A program made the translations under genes and the position numbers. Positions 58,823-64,000 of a stretch of 64,000 nt of DNA are shown here, one piece after another. Where the stretch lies: positions 5,632,001 through 5,696,000 of the forward strand of contig OZ244042.1 in the NCBI GenBank assembly GCA_965215015.1, given 5' to 3'. The notes under the pieces are model-generated. The model was not told where the DNA came from. It saw nothing but the letters and a program-made list of their open reading frames with translations, and made no database searches. The first letter of the stretch is position 1; every line of letters starts with the position of its first letter. This DNA comes from Candidatus Poribacteria bacterium. Its GTDB lineage: Bacteria > Poribacteria > WGA-4E > PCPOR2b.

Positions 58823-59402
58823 CTCACTTACCCCCATTTTTTTGAGAGGTATAGATGTGAGCAAGGGTTGTCAGATATGGTAAAATACCTCCCTGTCTAA
58901 AAGTCTAAAATATCGATTGTTTTAAACAAGGAGGTATTATGAAAGGCACCCACCGCCATAAGCCGGTGAATCCCAGCTCTATGATAACCACTCTCACCGA
59001 GATTTTCAACCCCGTATTGAAAAGACCGGCGTTGAAAAACCGGATACTCACGACCTTAGCCATTGTGTTGGCCAAGACGTTTCGGATAAACGAAATTGCT
59101 TCACGCTTGCCAGTAGCAGTCAAACATCAAAAGACGAAACAGAAACGCCTGCTGCGATTCTTAGCTCGTCCCTTTCCCATTGACGCGGTGATGGGGGGGG
59201 TGGCGGGTCTTTGTGCTCAGCCGGGTCTGTGAACCTGACACGGCCCGTCGGTTGATTTTAGTGGATGAAACCCAGGTGTTTGGCCATTTCAAAGCGATTG
59301 TTGCCGCGGTGCCGTTCCGACGCCTAATGACAATTATTCTCACTATCCTAACTCATAAAAACACCTCAAATCTATACCCTAAAAAAAATGGAGGGAAATG
59401 AG
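58823..59402 (+). mobile_element. Internally deleted IS4-like element with both ends and target duplication
   Basis: Termini CTCACTTACCCCCATTTT / AAAATGGAGGGAAATGAG; 5' transposase fragment nearly identical to 3453-3878; ATAAAATTT on both flanks. Confidence 0.9.
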
Positions 59403-59415
59403 ATAAAATTTGCTA

Positions 59416-59444
59416 TTGACAGATCGCGATAATTTAGTGATAAT
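59416..59444 (+). promoter_or_regulatory. sigma70-type promoter
   Basis: TTGACA-17 nt-GATAAT. Confidence 0.65.
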
Positions 59445-59498
59445 TATGGTGAGACTTTGCTTAAAGACAGCCCCATTTCTATAATTAAGGAGAGAAAA

Positions 59499-59831
59499 AT
59501 GAAGCACTTCGGTTTAGCAATCAACCTGAAGGATGATCCAGAGATTATCGAAAAATACAAAGTATATCACAGCAACGTTTGGCCCGAAGTCCTAGAGAGC
59601 CTGCACACGATTGGTATCAGGAAAATGAATATCTATCTGCTCGGTCGCCGGATGTTTATGGCAATGGAGACAGTCGATGAGTTCGACGTTGAAAAGGATT
59701 TCCCACGCTATCTGGAACAACATCCGCGCTGCCGTGAGTGGGATGAACTGATGCGGACCTATCAAGAACCAGTCCCTGAAAGAAAGCCAGAGGAATGGTG
59801 GGCGTTGATGGAGTGCGTTTTTGAGTTCTGA
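59499..59831 (+). CDS. L-rhamnose mutarotase family protein
   Basis: YKVYHSNVWPEV, WDELM, WALMECVF. Confidence 0.9.
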   Translation: MKHFGLAINLKDDPEIIEKYKVYHSNVWPEVLESLHTIGIRKMNIYLLGRRMFMAMETVDEFDVEKDFPRYLEQHPRCREWDELMRTYQEPVPERKPEEWWALMECVFEF

Positions 59832-59857
59832 CCATAAAAGAAAAACGCGAAATAGCA

Positions 59858-60631
59858 ATGAAAAAAACAATCGATCTTATTCAATCAATGAAACAAAATG
59901 GACAAAAAATTGCGATGCTGACAGCGTATGATTACCCAACAGCGCGTATCCTTAATGATGCCGATATTGACATCATTCTTGTCGGTGATTCGCTCGGCAT
60001 GGTAGTTTTGGGCTACGAAGATACGCGGTCAGTTACGATGGTGGATATGCTCCATCACACCCGAATCGTGGCACGCGCCAATACAACATGTTTACTTGTC
60101 GCGGATCTTCCCCATCAGGCTTATGAAACGCCGGGGCAGGCGGTCAAAAACGCACGCGCCCTTTGTGAGGCCGGTGCCGATACGGTCAAACTTGAGGGTA
60201 ACAAACCGGAGGTTGTAAAAGCCATTGTCAGTGAGGGCATTCCGGTGATGGGGCATGTTGGGCTATTACCACAGACGAGTGAAAAATTTCGGGTGCATGG
60301 ACGCAAGCGATCCGAAGCTGTGCTGATTGCTGATGATGCAAAGGCCCTTGAAGCTACCGGATGCTTTGCAATCGTCCTTGAGTCTATCCCGGAGAAACTG
60401 GGTAGAAAAATCACGCAATCGTTGCAGATCCCGACAATCGGTATCGGAGCGGGAGCTGACTGTGATGGGCAGGTGCTGGTTCTCCATGATATACTTGGGC
60501 TCTTTGACCGCTCGCCGACATTCGTCAAGCAGTATGCAAACATGCGGAAAGAAATCCACCGGGCTGTAACGCACTATAAGCTAGAGGTTCAGCAAGGACT
60601 CTTCCCCGATAGAGGGCATTCATACCATTGA
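59858..60631 (+). CDS. panB: 3-methyl-2-oxobutanoate hydroxymethyltransferase
   Basis: LTAYD, LVGDSLG, VKLEG, GHVGLLPQ, GIGAG. Confidence 0.97.
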   Translation: MKKTIDLIQSMKQNGQKIAMLTAYDYPTARILNDADIDIILVGDSLGMVVLGYEDTRSVTMVDMLHHTRIVARANTTCLLVADLPHQAYETPGQAVKNARALCEAGADTVKLEGNKPEVVKAIVSEGIPVMGHVGLLPQTSEKFRVHGRKRSEAVLIADDAKALEATGCFAIVLESIPEKLGRKITQSLQIPTIGIGAGADCDGQVLVLHDILGLFDRSPTFVKQYANMRKEIHRAVTHYKLEVQQGLFPDRGHSYH

Positions 60632-60677
60632 AAGCATAAATGTAAAATCACCGCGTTTTGTAGGTAAGGAGAAGATA

Positions 60678-61550
60678 ATGTTCAAAATAGGTGTTATTGG
60701 CGATGAGATTTCACAAGATTTTCAAACGGTTGTCAACGTCGCAAAGGAGTTGGACCTTGACTCAATCGAGATCCGATCTGTGTGGGATAAACTGCCGCAG
60801 GAATTAACGGAGAGCGATATCGATGAGATAAAACAAATCCTTGATGGCACGGGGGTCCAAATCATTGGAATCGCCTCGCCGTTCTTCAAATGTGACATTG
60901 ACAATGCAGAGGAACGACAGGAACATCTTGGAATCCTTAAGCGGTGCATCGAGGTAGCGAAAGCGTTTGATATCAACCTTATCCGCACTTTCGTGTTTTG
61001 GAAAACAGACAACGTTGAGGAACGGTGGGACGAGATTCTCGCTGCTTATGACGAGCCGGTGCGGATGGCGAATGGAGAGGGAATAATCTTGGGGATGGAA
61101 AACGAAGCCTCGACATCCTTATCAACCGCTAAGCTGACAGAACGATTTATCCGAGAAATTGATTCTCCGAATATCCGCGCCATCTGGGACCCGGCGAACG
61201 AAGCCCATGCGGAGAGCGGTGAATCACCCTATCCCAACGCCTATAACAGACTCAAGCCACTGATGGTGCACGCCCACCTGAAGGATGCCGGTAAAAATCC
61301 TGAAACGGGCGAAATGGAATCGGTCCCGGTCGGTGAAGGTGTAATCGATTGGCAAGGACAGCTTCAAGCTTTCGTTGACGACAACTACGAGGGACACCTC
61401 TGCCTGGAAACGCATTGGCGTCCAACCTTAAAGATTAAGGACGAACTCCTCAACCGCCCAGGGGGGACTGCATTCTCCGAAGCAGGGGAGGAAGCATCTC
61501 GGATTTGTTTCCAAAATCTGTTTGGGATGATTGAGAAGCTGCACAAGTAA
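60678..61550 (+). CDS. Sugar phosphate isomerase/epimerase
   Basis: MENE, WDPAN, HAHLKD, LETH. Confidence 0.9.
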   Translation: MFKIGVIGDEISQDFQTVVNVAKELDLDSIEIRSVWDKLPQELTESDIDEIKQILDGTGVQIIGIASPFFKCDIDNAEERQEHLGILKRCIEVAKAFDINLIRTFVFWKTDNVEERWDEILAAYDEPVRMANGEGIILGMENEASTSLSTAKLTERFIREIDSPNIRAIWDPANEAHAESGESPYPNAYNRLKPLMVHAHLKDAGKNPETGEMESVPVGEGVIDWQGQLQAFVDDNYEGHLCLETHWRPTLKIKDELLNRPGGTAFSEAGEEASRICFQNLFGMIEKLHK

Positions 61551-61584
61551 AATGTGGTGCGTGAAACGTAAAAGGCAAATAATA

Positions 61585-62724
61585 ATGAAGATTGTAGACA
61601 TAAAAACTCAAACATTCAAATATAAGACGAATAAAGTGAGTGACTCCGAGGGCCACGCACATCCTGGACCTGAACACGACGCAACTCAAGCACTACTCAC
61701 GATTGTCACCGATGAAGGCCTGGAGGGTTACGCCTTTGGTGGCAGCCCCGACATCGCGGAGCAGATCTTCAAGCCCGCACTGGTTGGGGAAGACCCACTC
61801 TATCGTGAAAAACTATGGCAACGACTCAAGCAGTGGCAGCGAATCCATCGAAACCTCACAGACAATGTGATCGGTGTAGCGGACATGGCACTGTGGGATC
61901 TTGCGGGTCGATGCTTTGATCAGCCGGTCTATAAGCTGCTGGGAGGCTATCGAGACAAAATCCTCGCCTACGCTAGCACCATGTGCGGTGACGAAGAGCC
62001 AAGGGGGCTCAGCAGCCCAGATGACTACGCTCGGTTCGCTGAGTGGTGCATGCAGCGTGGTTACAAGGCAATCAAGCTGCACACTTGGATGCCACCCATT
62101 CCATGGGCACCCGACCCCAAGATGGATGTCAAAGCGTGCGCCGCCGTGCGAGAGGCGGTCGGTGACGATGTTCCTCTGATGCTGGACTGCTACCATTACT
62201 ACAGTCGGGAGCAGGCACTCTATATCGGCAAGGAACTTGAGAAGCTCAACTACTACTGGTTTGAGGAACCGATGGATGAACACAGTACCTCTTCTTATGT
62301 GTGGCTGGCGGAACAGCTGGATATCCCGGTTGTGGGACCCGAAACCGCTGAGGGAAAGATGTACACCAGAGCAGAGTGGATTCTGCGCGGTGCTGCGGAC
62401 ATCCTGCGAGGTGGTGTGGGAGATGTGGGAGGGATTACACCGTTGATGAAAATCGTGCACCTGGCAGAATCCTTTGGCATGGCGATGGAGGTACACGGCG
62501 GCGGAGCCGGAAATCTCCAGGTGTTAGGCGCGATGGGTATCCCCGGCGAATTCTACGAGCGGGGGCTCCTCCATCCGTTTATCGACTACGATGAAGTCGA
62601 ACCTTGGCTGAATTCGAGGATTGACTTTATGGACGACGAGGGATACGTCCACCTGCCGCAGGGGGCGGGGCTAGGCTACGACATCAATTTCGATTACATC
62701 GAAGAGAACGCTGTCGAGACTTAA
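61585..62724 (+). CDS. Mandelate racemase/muconate lactonizing enzyme family
   Basis: DMALWDLAG, IKLH, MLD, WFEEP, EVHG. Confidence 0.92.
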   Translation: MKIVDIKTQTFKYKTNKVSDSEGHAHPGPEHDATQALLTIVTDEGLEGYAFGGSPDIAEQIFKPALVGEDPLYREKLWQRLKQWQRIHRNLTDNVIGVADMALWDLAGRCFDQPVYKLLGGYRDKILAYASTMCGDEEPRGLSSPDDYARFAEWCMQRGYKAIKLHTWMPPIPWAPDPKMDVKACAAVREAVGDDVPLMLDCYHYYSREQALYIGKELEKLNYYWFEEPMDEHSTSSYVWLAEQLDIPVVGPETAEGKMYTRAEWILRGAADILRGGVGDVGGITPLMKIVHLAESFGMAMEVHGGGAGNLQVLGAMGIPGEFYERGLLHPFIDYDEVEPWLNSRIDFMDDEGYVHLPQGAGLGYDINFDYIEENAVET

Positions 62725-62780
62725 AAATAAATGAGCCAAGCCGAGGCATGTTGCCACCAATAGAAGGGACAATCGTACTA

Positions 62781-63491
62781 ATGAAACTCGAGAACCAAGT
62801 TGCAATTATTACCGGGGGCGGACGCGGAATTGGTAGATCAACTGCGCTCGCCTTTGCACAGGAAGGGGCAGATTTGGTGCTTGCGGCGCAAACACTCTCA
62901 GAGATTGAAGCCGTCGCAGGCGAGGTATGTGCACTCGGTCGCCAAGCCCTCGCAATACCAACCGATGTAACGCAAAAATCGCAGGTGGCCGCGATGGTCG
63001 AACGGACGCTCGACAGATTCGGCAGGGTCGATATTCTTGTCAGCAACGCGGGCGTTGCGATCCACAACCCGATTCCCAAGATTCGTGAGGAAGATTGGGA
63101 CCTCAATATCGCCGTTAACCTCAAAGGTGTCTTCCTCTGCACGCAGGCAGTGTTTAGTCACATGTGTGATCGGAACTCCGGACATATCGTCAACGTCTCG
63201 TCAGTCTCCGGCAAAGCTGGACACCCCAACGGCGGGGCGTACTGCGCCGCCAAATTTGGCGTTGTCGGTTTTACTGAGACCACGAATAACGAAGGCCGTC
63301 CGCACGGTGTCAGAGCAAGTGTGGTGTGTCCGGGGCCCGTCAACACCAGAATGCGCCGAGATAATCATCCGGACGATGTCATTGAGCATCTAACCTTGCC
63401 AGAAGAAGTCGCGGACTTAATCCTGTTTCTCGTCTCGCAATCCCCACGTGCTCACATTCTTGAAACAGTCATCCGGACGCCTCTGATGTGA
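62781..63491 (+). CDS. SDR oxidoreductase
   Basis: TGGGRGIG, SNAG, YCAAK. Confidence 0.93.
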   Translation: MKLENQVAIITGGGRGIGRSTALAFAQEGADLVLAAQTLSEIEAVAGEVCALGRQALAIPTDVTQKSQVAAMVERTLDRFGRVDILVSNAGVAIHNPIPKIREEDWDLNIAVNLKGVFLCTQAVFSHMCDRNSGHIVNVSSVSGKAGHPNGGAYCAAKFGVVGFTETTNNEGRPHGVRASVVCPGPVNTRMRRDNHPDDVIEHLTLPEEVADLILFLVSQSPRAHILETVIRTPLM

Positions 63492-63608
63492 ATATCGTGA
63501 AACGTGACAGGGACGGAAAATTTGGGAGCCAGATAAGCAACGCCCATTAAACCCCAAACTGCCCGATCGAATTAAGATTCCCAAAGGTGTGAAAATCAAG
63601 GAGGTCAA

Positions 63609-64000
63609 ATGGTAATTCGTCTACTCAGTATCTGGATCACTCTGGTTCTGTGTGCCTCATCGTGGGGATGGGCTTCTATACCCGAGGAGGCCGCTGACCT
63701 CACCTTCATCTTGCGTGCAAATCCGATCCAAATCTCACATCAAAAGCAGGAAGCCATTTCGTTCAATCCAAGAGAATCGACGCCGATCCGCCTATTCTCG
63801 ACTGGGATTATTCGTCTTTACCAGAAATACATTTCAACGCAAGATCTACCTGCCTGTAACTTTTCTCCAAGTTGCTCCCGGTTCGGGATGGGTGCCATCC
63901 AGAGATACGGTTTCTTTCGGGGTATACTGTTGACAGCAGACCGCCTGCTGCGCGATAACGGAATCATGCTGCATACGCACTACCACTTTGATGAAGCGAG
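63609..64000 (+). CDS. yidD: YidD-like membrane insertion factor with N-terminal extension (partial)
   Basis: Manual translation: IRLYQKYIS...CNFSPSCSRF...G.LLTADRLLR; GGAGG RBS; runs off the window. Confidence 0.8.
   Translation, partial: MVIRLLSIWITLVLCASSWGWASIPEEAADLTFILRANPIQISHQKQEAISFNPRESTPIRLFSTGIIRLYQKYISTQDLPACNFSPSCSRFGMGAIQRYGFFRGILLTADRLLRDNGIMLHTHYHFDEA

Overview
64 kb of bacterial chromosome. The gene mix (four PhyH-type Fe/2OG oxygenases, three enolase-superfamily dehydratases, three Gfo/Idh/MocA oxidoreductases, TPR and TolB-like secreted proteins, dense palindromic intergenic repeats) resembles Candidatus Poribacteria; this is an inference, not a tested assignment. Housekeeping genes include trxB, a glutaredoxin, miaA, queE, ppk2, panB and a yidD-like gene. 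Several signals are hidden or split by the ORF track. (1) Two probable selenoprotein genes (Prx-like UxxD and AhpD-like CxxU) have in-frame TGA plus SECIS-like hairpins. (2) Two PhyH-fold enzymes have HxG in place of the iron-binding HxD, the signature of radical halogenases. (3) An intein with a decayed LAGLIDADG domain splits the QueE CxxxCxxC motif. (4) Two unlinked sigma54-type loci for secreted proteins share a 38-bp leader but carry different upstream palindromes. (5) An IS4-like/MITE family sits 13-14 bp upstream of TTGACA boxes three times. (6) An orphan DUF1156 methylase lies between duplicated tandem-repeat arrays in a filled/empty arrangement. (7) A roughly 250-nt structured ncRNA candidate lies next to it. 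No rRNA, tRNA or CRISPR array was seen.
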